This document shows, piece by piece, positions 29,720 through 39,053 of a stretch of 64,000 bases of DNA. The notes beneath the pieces were generated by a model. It was given only the letters and a program-made list of their open reading frames with translations. It was not told the DNA's origin and made no database searches. Each line of letters starts with the position of its first letter. The stretch's first letter is position 1. The translations under genes were made by a program, and so were the position numbers. Origin of the DNA: an uncultured Desulfarculus sp. (GTDB lineage: Bacteria > Desulfobacterota > Desulfarculia > Desulfarculales > Desulfarculaceae). The stretch is from assembly GCA_963665125.2 (NCBI GenBank), contig CAXXUK010000001.1, positions 96,001-160,000 of the forward strand, read 5' to 3'.

Positions 29720-29911
29720 TTTACTAAGTGTGACCTAAAAGACCCGTTCCACGATCTTTAGGACGATTACAGCGGTAGGTTGAGAGGAGTTGGGGCTCTG
29801 GATTTCATAAAGGCGCTTCGAGCGCGGTCAACGGGAGTCGTCTCCAGAAAGAAGCCTTAATCTTTTATTTTCCCATAAACACCATCGACTCAAAGTATCG
29901 GAGAAGAATGA

Positions 29912-30154
29912 ATGAAAAAAGAAGTAGCACCCACAAAGGCTGGCCAGGAATACGCGGTAGCGCATGCCGTCCAATACAAGGCCAAGAACCTGAAAGAGGC
30001 ACTCGGCCTTTACGAAGGCGTTATGACCGCGCACCCGGACGCCCCGGAGTTTGGGTATTCGCGAAGCCAAATTCAGAATATCGCCAAGAGCGTGGTCCCG
30101 CAGCAGGAGCTTCTGGACGCCGAACTGGCCATAGCGCGTGCACACCTCGAATAA
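29912..30154 (+). CDS. Small helical-hairpin (TPR-like) hypothetical protein
   Basis: GGAG RBS; ALGLYEGVMTAHPDAPE pattern. Confidence 0.6.
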   Translation: MKKEVAPTKAGQEYAVAHAVQYKAKNLKEALGLYEGVMTAHPDAPEFGYSRSQIQNIAKSVVPQQELLDAELAIARAHLE

Positions 30155-30256
30155 TGCGGACCACCAGTCGTGTCCGGAGTGTCTGGACACGACCGAGCTA
30201 ACGATACATATCTGCGTATTTGCGCGCCCGATAATCATAGGGTGGCAGGTGAAAAA

Positions 30257-31357
30257 ATGACAAAAATCGTTCTGATCCCCCAAACCTATCTGGCCCGCGA
30301 CATCTCGGTCACGTTGTCCCATTGTTTTGAAGAAGTCCATGTGCTCAGGCCCCCAGACATCTCCCCGGAATCGATGAGTGGTGAGGGGAAGCTGCCTGAC
30401 ATGTTTAAGATCCTGGAAGTTTCGGGCAACGATGGAAATTTTGGCCTGCAAGCAGGCATGTTGCAAGATTTGATGCATCGGTGGGATGAGTTTATCGCCA
30501 GTCAGCGCGGCTCCGGCAATCTGGAAACCATCAAGGCGGGCGTCAGGCCGCAGCAGCCCGACCAGGAGACCACCAGGGCGATCATGCATCGAATCGTTGG
30601 CGGCGCGCAGGCAGAGGGCAAACAGCAGGAGCCACCTTCGGCCTCCCCGGCCCTGCTGCTGAAACTGGCCCATTTCATGGATCATGAGGCGGCCGATTTG
30701 CGCTCAATTGCCGGTAGCATTGATTCTAAACAAGAACAACTCACTCACTTGTTTGGCCAGAACCCTGACGGAGAACAACCGCCCGAGTTTCAGATGGTTC
30801 ATCCCACTCTTGTCGGTTCCATGGGACTGGAAATGGAAGATGAAGCTCTGGCTTCATACCGGCTAAAGGCCTGGGTCAGCCTGGCCCCCTTTGAAAAAAT
30901 CAAGACCCTGACGCCCCTGACCTTGAGCCCTCGGGCGGCCGTACTGCTCTTGGAACGGGCCAACATCTTTCTGGGCGGTAAGCCGATACGTTCGGCCGCC
31001 GGAGTGCAAAGCCTCCTCTGGCCTCCAGTCTCTTTGTCAACGGCAGGCTCCTCTCTGGCCCGGGAAGCGCTGAGGCTGAGGCTCCCTTTGCCGGAAGAGA
31101 CGCCGGAGTTCAAAAAGGCCCTGGGGCTGCTGGTGGAAGCCATTGGGGAAGCTCCCCTGTCCACCGATCTCCTGAAACACCTCCAAGAAATTGGTGGGGC
31201 TTGGCTTGAGCATGGCGGATCCCAAAAGACGGGTGGACGCATGGGCCTCATGGCCTTTCCCGGCTACAGCATGGCTGGTTTGCTGAAACTGATGAAGGGC
31301 CAGGCTACGGAACCGGAAGCCCCCGGGTCAAGCTGCCCCCTTTGGGTGCTTTGGTGA
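30257..31357 (+). CDS. Hypothetical protein
   Basis: Long ORF co-oriented in the operon; no motif recognised. Confidence 0.6.
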   Translation: MTKIVLIPQTYLARDISVTLSHCFEEVHVLRPPDISPESMSGEGKLPDMFKILEVSGNDGNFGLQAGMLQDLMHRWDEFIASQRGSGNLETIKAGVRPQQPDQETTRAIMHRIVGGAQAEGKQQEPPSASPALLLKLAHFMDHEAADLRSIAGSIDSKQEQLTHLFGQNPDGEQPPEFQMVHPTLVGSMGLEMEDEALASYRLKAWVSLAPFEKIKTLTPLTLSPRAAVLLLERANIFLGGKPIRSAAGVQSLLWPPVSLSTAGSSLAREALRLRLPLPEETPEFKKALGLLVEAIGEAPLSTDLLKHLQEIGGAWLEHGGSQKTGGRMGLMAFPGYSMAGLLKLMKGQATEPEAPGSSCPLWVLW

Positions 31358-31367
31358 GATTGGCAGG

Positions 31368-32102
31368 ATGATGATAACTCTGCGCAGAAAAAATGAACGA
31401 CACCATGTGCAACATGGCAAACAGGACACATGGATGACGTTCTATCCCAAGGAGTGCAAAGCGCCCGCGCCTGATGGGTTTGGGGCTCTGGTGTCTCTGG
31501 ATGAGACGGTGCTGCCCGCCGGGGAAATTTCTGCACAGGTTAAGGGTACGGGAGCCGAAATACTCAGCTACGTGTACAGGGGAGCGCTGGCGCAAGAGGA
31601 TTCGGACGGCAACTCCGGAGTCGTTCATTCGGGGGAGTTTCAGTACATGATTGTCGGCAATGGGGTGCGCCTCAAGGAGAAGAATCCCTCCCGCACCACC
31701 GGCACGCATCTTTTCCGAATTTTTCTGAGACCGTCCGTGATGGGCCTCGATTCAGTTCGAGAGCAAATGCGCTTTCCGGTGGCGATTCGCCACAACCGGC
31801 TTTGCGTAATAGCGTCTCCGGACGGGCGCAAGAACTCATTTAAGATCCTCCAGGACGCATTGATCTACTCGAGCATATTCGATCCAGGACATCACCTTGT
31901 CCATGAGTTGTTGCCGGGGCGGGTGGCTTGGGTCCAAGTCATACACGGCGGGGCGATTTTTAAAGAGATCATTTTGACCGAAGGCGATGGCGTAGGCCTA
32001 TCTTTAGAGTCTTCGGTTTCGGTCACAGCGCAAGAAAAGTGCGAAATATTGCTGGCCGAATTAGGCCCGGAAGTGGGGCTATTTGTGGGCCGGCCCGGGT
32101 AA
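31368..32102 (+). CDS. Pirin-family (YhhW-like) bicupin, metal ligands apparently degenerate
   Basis: EILSYV..G, DSDGNSGV, IASPDGR, IxQDA, AWVQVIHG, LTEGDG; the usual HPH and HSE motifs are absent. Confidence 0.8.
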   Translation: MMITLRRKNERHHVQHGKQDTWMTFYPKECKAPAPDGFGALVSLDETVLPAGEISAQVKGTGAEILSYVYRGALAQEDSDGNSGVVHSGEFQYMIVGNGVRLKEKNPSRTTGTHLFRIFLRPSVMGLDSVREQMRFPVAIRHNRLCVIASPDGRKNSFKILQDALIYSSIFDPGHHLVHELLPGRVAWVQVIHGGAIFKEIILTEGDGVGLSLESSVSVTAQEKCEILLAELGPEVGLFVGRPG

Positions 32103-32188
32103 TGAAAGACTAATAGAAAGATGTTGCAAGTGTCCAAAATGGCGCGTGCGCAATGAACCTGATCAACCATTCAAAAGGAGTATGTACC

Positions 32189-32506
32189 GTGGCGAGAAAA
32201 TTTTTTGGCATCGTTAGCGTTGTATTGATCTTAGGCCTGACGGGCGCATTCATGGGGTGCAAGCCCACTCAAACCACAGAAAGCACCGGCCAGTATGTAG
32301 ACAATTCCGCCATCACCGCCAAGGTAAAGGCGGCGATTTTCAACGATGAATCGCTCAAATCGCTGCAAATCAGTGTCGAAACATTCAAGGGTGAGGTTCA
32401 ACTAAGTGGGTTTGTCGATTCAGAGCAGAGCGTCAAAAAGGCGGAAGAAGCCGCCCGCAGTGTTGACGGAGTCGTTTCAGTTAAAAATGACTTGATAGTG
32501 AAATAA
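32189..32506 (+). CDS. BON-domain (OsmY-like) lipoprotein
   Basis: Lipobox FMGC; DNSAITAKVKAA, ISVETFKGEVQLSGFV, GVVSVKNDL. Confidence 0.9.
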   Translation: MARKFFGIVSVVLILGLTGAFMGCKPTQTTESTGQYVDNSAITAKVKAAIFNDESLKSLQISVETFKGEVQLSGFVDSEQSVKKAEEAARSVDGVVSVKNDLIVK

Positions 32507-32587
32507 CCACTCAAACCAGGTTGGGTTGAAGCCAGTCTAGGGTTTGGAAACAAGAACACCTAGATTGGCCATAAAGGATAAAAGTAA

Positions 32588-32743
32588 ATGCTGGGAACAA
32601 TTCTGATTGTTTTGTTGATCGTTTTTATCGTTGGTTCATTCCCCACATGGTCGCATAGCAGAAGCTGGGGATACTATCCAAGCACCGGCCTTGGTTTGAT
32701 CCTCTTGGTCGTGATCGTGCTCTTATTAATGGGCCGTATCTGA
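32588..32743 (+). CDS. DUF3309-family small membrane protein (51 aa, below ORF-track cutoff)
   Basis: MLGTILIVLLIVFIVGSFPTWSHSRSWGYYPSTGLGLILLVVIVLLLMGRI. Confidence 0.85.
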   Translation: MLGTILIVLLIVFIVGSFPTWSHSRSWGYYPSTGLGLILLVVIVLLLMGRI

Positions 32744-32771
32744 TCAAGTGCCGGACGCACATTAAAAGGAG

Positions 32772-32963
32772 ATGTATATGATCAAGCTAACCATACTATT
32801 CTTCATTCTGGCCTCTGTGGCTGGCGTCTTTGCGTTTACGGGTATTGTCGAAACCGTCCCAGGAATAGCTCAAATTTTGTTCTACGCATTCCTGGCAATT
32901 TTTATCTTAAGCCTATCAAGCATGCTGTTATTTCGTCGTAGATCACGAAATCGCAAGGCCTGA
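32772..32963 (+). CDS. DUF1328 (UPF0391/YtjA-like) small membrane protein
   Basis: FFILASVAGVFAFTGI....GIAQILFYAFL; AAGGAG RBS. Confidence 0.8.
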   Translation: MYMIKLTILFFILASVAGVFAFTGIVETVPGIAQILFYAFLAIFILSLSSMLLFRRRSRNRKA

Positions 32964-33063
32964 AAACAGCAGACTTAGGGCAACGGAATAAAGCAACAAA
33001 GGATATAAACCAGACTAAGTTGCGCAGAAAAACAAATAAAAAATCTATTTTGGAGGAAATATC

Positions 33064-33243
33064 ATGAAACTAAGCACCAAGAATCAAGCGCAAGGCGTGT
33101 TTCACAAGACAATGGGTAAAATCAAGGAACTCACAGGAAAGCTCAGCCTTAATTCGGAATTGGAAGGCAAAGGCAAGGACGAAGTGAGGGCCGGTAAGTT
33201 GCAGCAAAAGGTCGGAGAAGTCGAAAAGGTTGTGGGGAAGTAG
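33064..33243 (+). CDS. CsbD-family stress protein (59 aa, below ORF-track cutoff)
   Basis: MKLSTKNQAQGVFHKTMGKIKELTGKLSLNSELEGKG...GKLQQKVGEVEKVVGK; GGAGG RBS. Confidence 0.85.
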   Translation: MKLSTKNQAQGVFHKTMGKIKELTGKLSLNSELEGKGKDEVRAGKLQQKVGEVEKVVGK

Positions 33244-33347
33244 AAGCAAATTACGCTGGTTTGAGATCGTTATTTAAGCTTAATCGTAGAGGCCTGCCAA
33301 CCGAGTTGGGTTGGCGCGTAATGCCTACGCAAACAATGAGGTGTGCC

Positions 33348-33569
33348 ATGGACTCGCGACAACGCGAAGTGCTGATTAGCGCTACGTTCAAAGGGGTTCT
33401 GGCCGTCCGGGAGGGCGGCATGATCATCGAGACGCCTTATTGCCGCTATCCGGTGACCGGCGACAACCTGGACCGCTATCTGGGCGATAAGGTGGAAATC
33501 CACGGGCTGTTGGCCGACGAAGCCGGGCGCCACAGGGTTATGCAGGTGGATTCTTGCCGTTTGATCTGA
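33348..33569 (+). CDS. Small hypothetical protein (possible OB-like fold)
   Basis: GAGGT RBS; LDRYLGDKVEIHG pattern. Confidence 0.55.
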   Translation: MDSRQREVLISATFKGVLAVREGGMIIETPYCRYPVTGDNLDRYLGDKVEIHGLLADEAGRHRVMQVDSCRLI

Positions 33570-33715
33570 TTTGAATTACAGGCCGCCCCGTCCCGGGCCG
33601 CAGCGGATGGTTCACCAACGTCACCGAAGGCGCAGGGGTGCAATGTCAAAGAAATGGTTAATTCCGCGCCTGAGATGGTGCTCACGTACATCCAGATTAA
33701 AAAGGAGGATGCAAA

Positions 33716-35218
33716 ATGAAAGCACTTCTTATCTACCCACGGAGCCCGGACACTTTCTGGAGCTTCAAGCACGCCCTCAAGTTCATCTCCAAGAAGGCTC
33801 TGCATCCGCCGTTGGGCCTGCTTACCGTTGCAGCCATGCTGCCTGAAGCCTGGGACAAAAAACTCATAGACGAAAATGTGGAGCCACTGAAAGACAAGCA
33901 TCTGGAATGGGCCGAGTGCGTTTTCATCAGCGCCATGGACATCCAGCGCGAATCGGTGAACCGAGTTGTGGCCCGCTGCCTGGAAAAGGGAGTCACCGTG
34001 GTCGCAGGAGGGCCGTTATTCACCGCCTGTCATCAGGAATTCGGCGACATAGACCATTTTGTCCTGGGCGAAGCCGAGATTACCCTCCCCGCGTTTCTGC
34101 GCGACTTTGCGGCCGGCCAGGCAAAGGCGGTCTACACCACGGACCAGTTCCCCGGCTTGTCGGAGACCCCCAAGCCCATGCTGAGCTTGATTAAACCCAA
34201 GCGCTACGCCTCCATGAACGTGCAGTATTCCAGAGGCTGCCCCTTTAACTGTGAGTTCTGCGACATAACCGCGCTTTTCGGCCGCAAGGTGCGCACCAAA
34301 AGCGCCGCGCAAATGCTTGCCGAATTCGAAAACGTTTACGCCACAGGCTGGCGGGGCTCCCTTTTCATTGTCGATGACAACTTCATAGGCAACAAAACCA
34401 AGCTCAAGACAGAGATCCTGCCTGCCATATGTGAGTGGATGGGTGCGCATAACTACCCGTTTGCGCTGTCAACCGAAGCGTCAATAGACCTCAGCGATGA
34501 TGCGGAGTTGATGACCCTGATGGCGCGGGCCGGCTTTAATGGAGTGTTCGTGGGCATAGAGACGCCCAACGAGGAGAGTTTGGCCGAGTGCAATAAAATG
34601 CAAAACCGGAACCGCGATATGATCGCCTGCGTGAAAAAAATTCAGAGCTTTGGCATTGAAGTGCGCGGCGGCTTCATTGTCGGCTTTGACAATGATACTC
34701 CTTTGGTTTTTGACCAGCAGATAGAGATGATTCAAAACAGCCGGATCGTTACGGCCATGGTGGGGCTATTGAATGCTCCCAAGGGCAGTCGGCTCTACAA
34801 GCGAATTGCCGATGAAGGACGTTTGCTCAGCGATACTTCCGGCGACAACACTGATTTTTCCACAAATGTGCACCCCAAAATGGGCTTGGAGGCCTTATCC
34901 CAGGGTTATCGCCGCGTAATCAGTGGCATTTATTCCCCGAAACCGTATTACGCACGGGTACGGGAATACCTGCGGACATACACCCCCCAGCAAAGAAAGA
35001 AGTTGAGGCTCCATCTCGGACATTTGCAAATGCACTCGGGTTATGCCTCGGCCTTTATTAAATCACTGCTCGTGCTGGGCATCAAGGACGAGGCCCGTTT
35101 TCATTACTGGAAGTTGTTTTTCTGGTCTTTGTTCCGGAAGCCAAAGCTGTTTCCCATGGCCATAACCTATGCCATTTATGGTTTTCACTTCCGCAAGGTT
35201 TTCGAGGAAAGCCTTTGA
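33716..35218 (+). CDS. B12-binding radical SAM protein with DUF4070-type C-terminus
   Basis: TFWSF, PPLGLLTVAAMLP, SRGCPFNCEFC, VDDNFIGN; AAGGAGG RBS. Confidence 0.9.
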   Translation: MKALLIYPRSPDTFWSFKHALKFISKKALHPPLGLLTVAAMLPEAWDKKLIDENVEPLKDKHLEWAECVFISAMDIQRESVNRVVARCLEKGVTVVAGGPLFTACHQEFGDIDHFVLGEAEITLPAFLRDFAAGQAKAVYTTDQFPGLSETPKPMLSLIKPKRYASMNVQYSRGCPFNCEFCDITALFGRKVRTKSAAQMLAEFENVYATGWRGSLFIVDDNFIGNKTKLKTEILPAICEWMGAHNYPFALSTEASIDLSDDAELMTLMARAGFNGVFVGIETPNEESLAECNKMQNRNRDMIACVKKIQSFGIEVRGGFIVGFDNDTPLVFDQQIEMIQNSRIVTAMVGLLNAPKGSRLYKRIADEGRLLSDTSGDNTDFSTNVHPKMGLEALSQGYRRVISGIYSPKPYYARVREYLRTYTPQQRKKLRLHLGHLQMHSGYASAFIKSLLVLGIKDEARFHYWKLFFWSLFRKPKLFPMAITYAIYGFHFRKVFEESL

Positions 35219-35254
35219 AGAGTAAGGTAACTCCCGCTTTTTGAGGAGATTCGC

Positions 35255-37702
35255 ATGAAAAAGTATTTCAGGAAAACACTCTTCTACGATGTGAATGACA
35301 ATATCGACAGTAGGTTGGACGACCAAATAGTCCACCTGCGATTAAGGCTGATCGAATTTGCCGCAACGCACACGCTGGATGAACTATTGACCAAGGCTTT
35401 GGATGAAATTTGCGTAATTGTTGATAGTACCATTGGTTTTTACCACTTTGTCGAACCTGATCAAAAACACCTTTCTCTGCAGCAGTGGTCAACACGCACC
35501 CTGGCTGATTTCTGCCAAGCAGAAGGAAAGGGACTGCATTATCCAATTGAACAGGCCGGTGTTTGGGCGGATTGTGCGAGAGAGAAAAAAGCGGTTATTC
35601 ACAACGACTACGCTTCTTTGAAACACAAAAAGGGAATGCCGGTTGGTCACGCGAAGATCATTCGCGAATTAGTGGTCCCTGCCATACGGAAAGACAAGGT
35701 CGTCGCTATCCTGGGCGTCGGCAATAAGCCTGAAGATTATAATGAAAGTGACGTAAAAATATTATCTTATCTTTCGGATGTGACATGGGAGACTGTCAAA
35801 ATGAAAATATGCGAAGCGGCATTGATTGCTTCTGAAAAACGCTATAGGCGCCTTTTTGAAGCTGCCCGTGATGGCATTTTGATCCTTGATGCCGATACAG
35901 GCAAGGTGGTGGATGTAAATCCATTTGTCCTAGAGTTGCTTGGTTATTCTTACGGCGATATAGCTGGGAAATTTATTTGGGAAATTGGTGCGTTCAAAGA
36001 CGTTACCGCTTCCAAGGACGCATTTGTCCACCTGCAACAGCACGAATACATTCGATATGATGATTTGCCGTTGGAAACAGCCGATGGGTGTGTCGTCGAG
36101 GTTGAGTTCATAAGTAATGTTTACCTGGTAGACCAGGCAAAGGTCATACAATGCAACATCCGTGACATCACCGAGCGCAAGCAGGCCGACGCCGAACGCA
36201 TCCGACTGCTGACTGCCATTGAGCAGGTGGGCGAAACGATCATGATCACCAACCCGGATGGGGTTATCCAATACGTAAACCCTGCTTTTGAGAAGGCGAC
36301 CGGTTACACCAGCCAAGAGGCGGTCGGGAAAAATGCACGCCTGTTGAATAGCGGCAAACAGAGCCCTGAGTATTATCGAAATTTGTGGGAGAGCATATCC
36401 GGTGGCAATGTTTTTGTTGGACGCATGGTCAACAAAAACAAAGACGGCACCCTTTTCACTGCTGATATATCGATTTCTCCGATTTGTGACCACTCAGGCA
36501 AACTCGTCAACTATGTGGCCGTACAACGCGATATTACAGAAAAATTGCAACTGGAAAACCAGTACCACCAGGCGCAGAAGATGGAATCCGTGGGCAGGCT
36601 GGCCGGTGGAGTAGCCCACGACATCAACAATATGCTCTGCGTCATTAACGGATTCACAGACTTGGCAATGGAGAAGATAGACCCTGCAGATTCTCTGTAT
36701 GCCGATCTCAAAGAGATTTTAAAAGCCACCGAGCGTTCCTCGGCCATCGTCCAACAATTACTTGCCTTCTCCCGCAAGCAGGCCATCAGCCCCAAGGTCG
36801 TTGACGTAAACAAGACCGTGGAGGCTTTGCTCAAGATGCTCCGGCGTCTTATCGGCGAAAATATCGATCTGAATTGGCTGCCAGAATCGGGCCTGTGGCC
36901 GGTTAATTTGGATCCTGGCCAGTTTGATCAGATTCTGGCCAATCTATGCGTCAACTCCCGTGATGCCATCTCCGGTGTAGGCAATATCACCATCGAGACG
37001 CGCAATGCGACTTTTGATGAGAAGTATTGTGATGGTCACATGGGATATATACCCGGCGATTTTATCCAATTGGTTGTCAGGGATGATGGTTGCGGTTTGG
37101 ACAAAAAAACAATGGACAAAATTTTCGAACCATTTTTCACCACAAAGGATATGGACAAGGGTACCGGCTTGGGGTTATCGATGGTCTTCGGCATAGTTAA
37201 TCAAAACAAGGGTTTTATTATTGTAAACAGCGAACCTGGCAACGGTTCGACATTCAACGTTTATCTGCCGCGCCATATTGGTGAGGGGAAAAAGACAAGA
37301 CCGGCAACCGTTCCGGAAATGTCTTCAAGCCACGGTGAGATGGTGCTCCTAGTGGAAGACGAACTGTCGCTGATGAGAATGGGCCAGATCATGCTGGAAA
37401 ACATGGGATACAAAGTGTTGGCCGCTGCCACACCAAATGAGGCTATGTACCTAGCCCAAAAACATGCCGGCGAAATCAGCCTACTAATCACCGATGTGGT
37501 AATGCCAAAAATGAACGGCAGAGATATGGCGGATAAAATACGAATCATATATCCAAATATTAAAACGCTTTTTATGTCGGGATACACCTCCGATGTGTTT
37601 GATAAAATAGGCGGGATAAAAGAAAGCAAAAAATTCATTCAAAAACCATTTACCCGCCAGGAGTTTACCTCTAAAGTCAGGGCATTGCTGGATAGGGCAT
37701 GA
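35255..37702 (+). CDS. Hybrid sensor histidine kinase (GAF-PAS-PAS-HisKA-HATPase-REC)
   Basis: LAGGVAHDINN H-box, FEPFFTTK, GTGLGL, LVEDE, LITDVVMP, QKPF. Confidence 0.92.
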   Translation: MKKYFRKTLFYDVNDNIDSRLDDQIVHLRLRLIEFAATHTLDELLTKALDEICVIVDSTIGFYHFVEPDQKHLSLQQWSTRTLADFCQAEGKGLHYPIEQAGVWADCAREKKAVIHNDYASLKHKKGMPVGHAKIIRELVVPAIRKDKVVAILGVGNKPEDYNESDVKILSYLSDVTWETVKMKICEAALIASEKRYRRLFEAARDGILILDADTGKVVDVNPFVLELLGYSYGDIAGKFIWEIGAFKDVTASKDAFVHLQQHEYIRYDDLPLETADGCVVEVEFISNVYLVDQAKVIQCNIRDITERKQADAERIRLLTAIEQVGETIMITNPDGVIQYVNPAFEKATGYTSQEAVGKNARLLNSGKQSPEYYRNLWESISGGNVFVGRMVNKNKDGTLFTADISISPICDHSGKLVNYVAVQRDITEKLQLENQYHQAQKMESVGRLAGGVAHDINNMLCVINGFTDLAMEKIDPADSLYADLKEILKATERSSAIVQQLLAFSRKQAISPKVVDVNKTVEALLKMLRRLIGENIDLNWLPESGLWPVNLDPGQFDQILANLCVNSRDAISGVGNITIETRNATFDEKYCDGHMGYIPGDFIQLVVRDDGCGLDKKTMDKIFEPFFTTKDMDKGTGLGLSMVFGIVNQNKGFIIVNSEPGNGSTFNVYLPRHIGEGKKTRPATVPEMSSSHGEMVLLVEDELSLMRMGQIMLENMGYKVLAAATPNEAMYLAQKHAGEISLLITDVVMPKMNGRDMADKIRIIYPNIKTLFMSGYTSDVFDKIGGIKESKKFIQKPFTRQEFTSKVRALLDRA

Positions 37703-37901
37703 CCCACATATTATTACTTAAATTGTAATATTTACCTCGTTTGGCCGGCAGGTAAACATATTAATCTAATTTGCTTGTTTTGCCAATTAGTTGGGCTAAC
37801 TTCACCATAATCAAACGACTAATTATTATAATTTAAATTGGATCATAAATATTTTAAATAATGTCAATCAGAGAAACACGACTTTTGGCGACTATGAAAA
37901 G

Positions 37902-38468
37902 ATGCCCATGAATTCCAAACGGAACAAGTTTTACGCGGCCTTGGTTACCATGATTTCATTGTTGCTCATCGTTGCATCGCTGACAATCGGCCGTTGGGGG
38001 CCATGGCTGGCCGCCGACCGCCAAGGGCCTTTTCCGCCTGCGACCATCAACAATGACTTGGCAACGATAAAGAGCAATATCCTGAGGATCCAGGTGATCA
38101 TGGAAAACCTGGTATTTTCCAAGTATCCGGCGGAATTGGCCAACCATGTCGCGGACATCGACCAGCTTGAGGCAGCCATATCCAATGATTTCAATGAAAT
38201 GAGTAGCGGCCTTAGCAAAGACAATGCTCAATACCAAAAGGCCCTGGACTTGTTTCGCCAGTGGAAAAGCATCAGGGATGAGGCCATCAGCCTCACCGAG
38301 GCCGGCCCGTCTCCAACGGCCAAGGCCTTGGTCCTCGGCAAATGCGCGGATCATGCCCGAAAAATTCAAGCGGCCCTGGTGAAATTGGGCGCATTTTCCC
38401 GAAAAAGATCGGATGACTTTGATTCAGCAGCCTCTGCTGCCGCTCGGGAGAAGGGTGCCAATAAATAG
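37902..38468 (+). CDS. Stand-alone four-helix-bundle sensor domain protein (4HB_MCP-like)
   Basis: One N-terminal TM segment followed by amphipathic helices (FRQWKSIRDEAI); no second TM, HAMP or signalling domain. Confidence 0.55.
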   Translation: MPMNSKRNKFYAALVTMISLLLIVASLTIGRWGPWLAADRQGPFPPATINNDLATIKSNILRIQVIMENLVFSKYPAELANHVADIDQLEAAISNDFNEMSSGLSKDNAQYQKALDLFRQWKSIRDEAISLTEAGPSPTAKALVLGKCADHARKIQAALVKLGAFSRKRSDDFDSAASAAAREKGANK

Positions 38469-38650
38469 AAGATATTGACAATCTCATAATTTACTGTACG
38501 TTTATAAATATCCTTACAGCCCAATAAGTCGCTACGCATAATACCTATCCAGGTGCTTCATAACTAGCCCACAATTTCGGCTCTACGGTTAAAGCAAACT
38601 ACCATCGAGGTGGTATGCACCAATATGATCCCAGAAAAGGAAAATTAACA

Positions 38651-38920
38651 ATGGGAACTAACATCTATATCGGCAATTTGTCCTATGATTCCACGGAGCA
38701 GGGTATTCGCACTCTGTTCGAACAATACGGCGCGGTGCATGCGGTCAAGTTGATCGAGGATCGCGAAACCGGCCGTATGCGGGGATTCGGCTTTGTGGAG
38801 ATGGACACGGACGGCGGTAAAGACGCCATCAAGGCCCTGGACGGCCGCGAAGTAGACGGCCGCGCCATCAAAGTTAACGAGGCGAAGCCCCGCGAAGCCC
38901 GTCCACAGCGCCAGTGGTAA
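38651..38920 (+). CDS. RRM-type RNA-binding protein
   Basis: IYIGNL (RNP2) and RGFGFVEM (RNP1). Confidence 0.93.
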   Translation: MGTNIYIGNLSYDSTEQGIRTLFEQYGAVHAVKLIEDRETGRMRGFGFVEMDTDGGKDAIKALDGREVDGRAIKVNEAKPREARPQRQW

Positions 38921-38944
38921 CCATACTAACCAATATTTAAAATC

Positions 38945-38984
38945 AGATGCCTACACCGGACTATTTTGCCTGGTGTAGGCATTT
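38945..38984 (+). terminator. Hairpin between the RRM and DEAD-box genes
   Basis: AGATGCCTACACCGG...CTGGTGTAGGCATTT. Confidence 0.6.
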
Positions 38985-39053
38985 GCCTTCTCAAAAGGCT
39001 GGAAGGCGCCAAACGCCATTTCGGGCACCCGAAAATGAGAGACAACAAGACAT

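Noticed and set aside
33622..33634. CACCGAAGGCGCA resembling a glycine riboswitch core
   Set aside because: The upstream GGAGA and downstream CTCTCAGG elements are absent; the segment instead pairs with GCGCCT...GGTG
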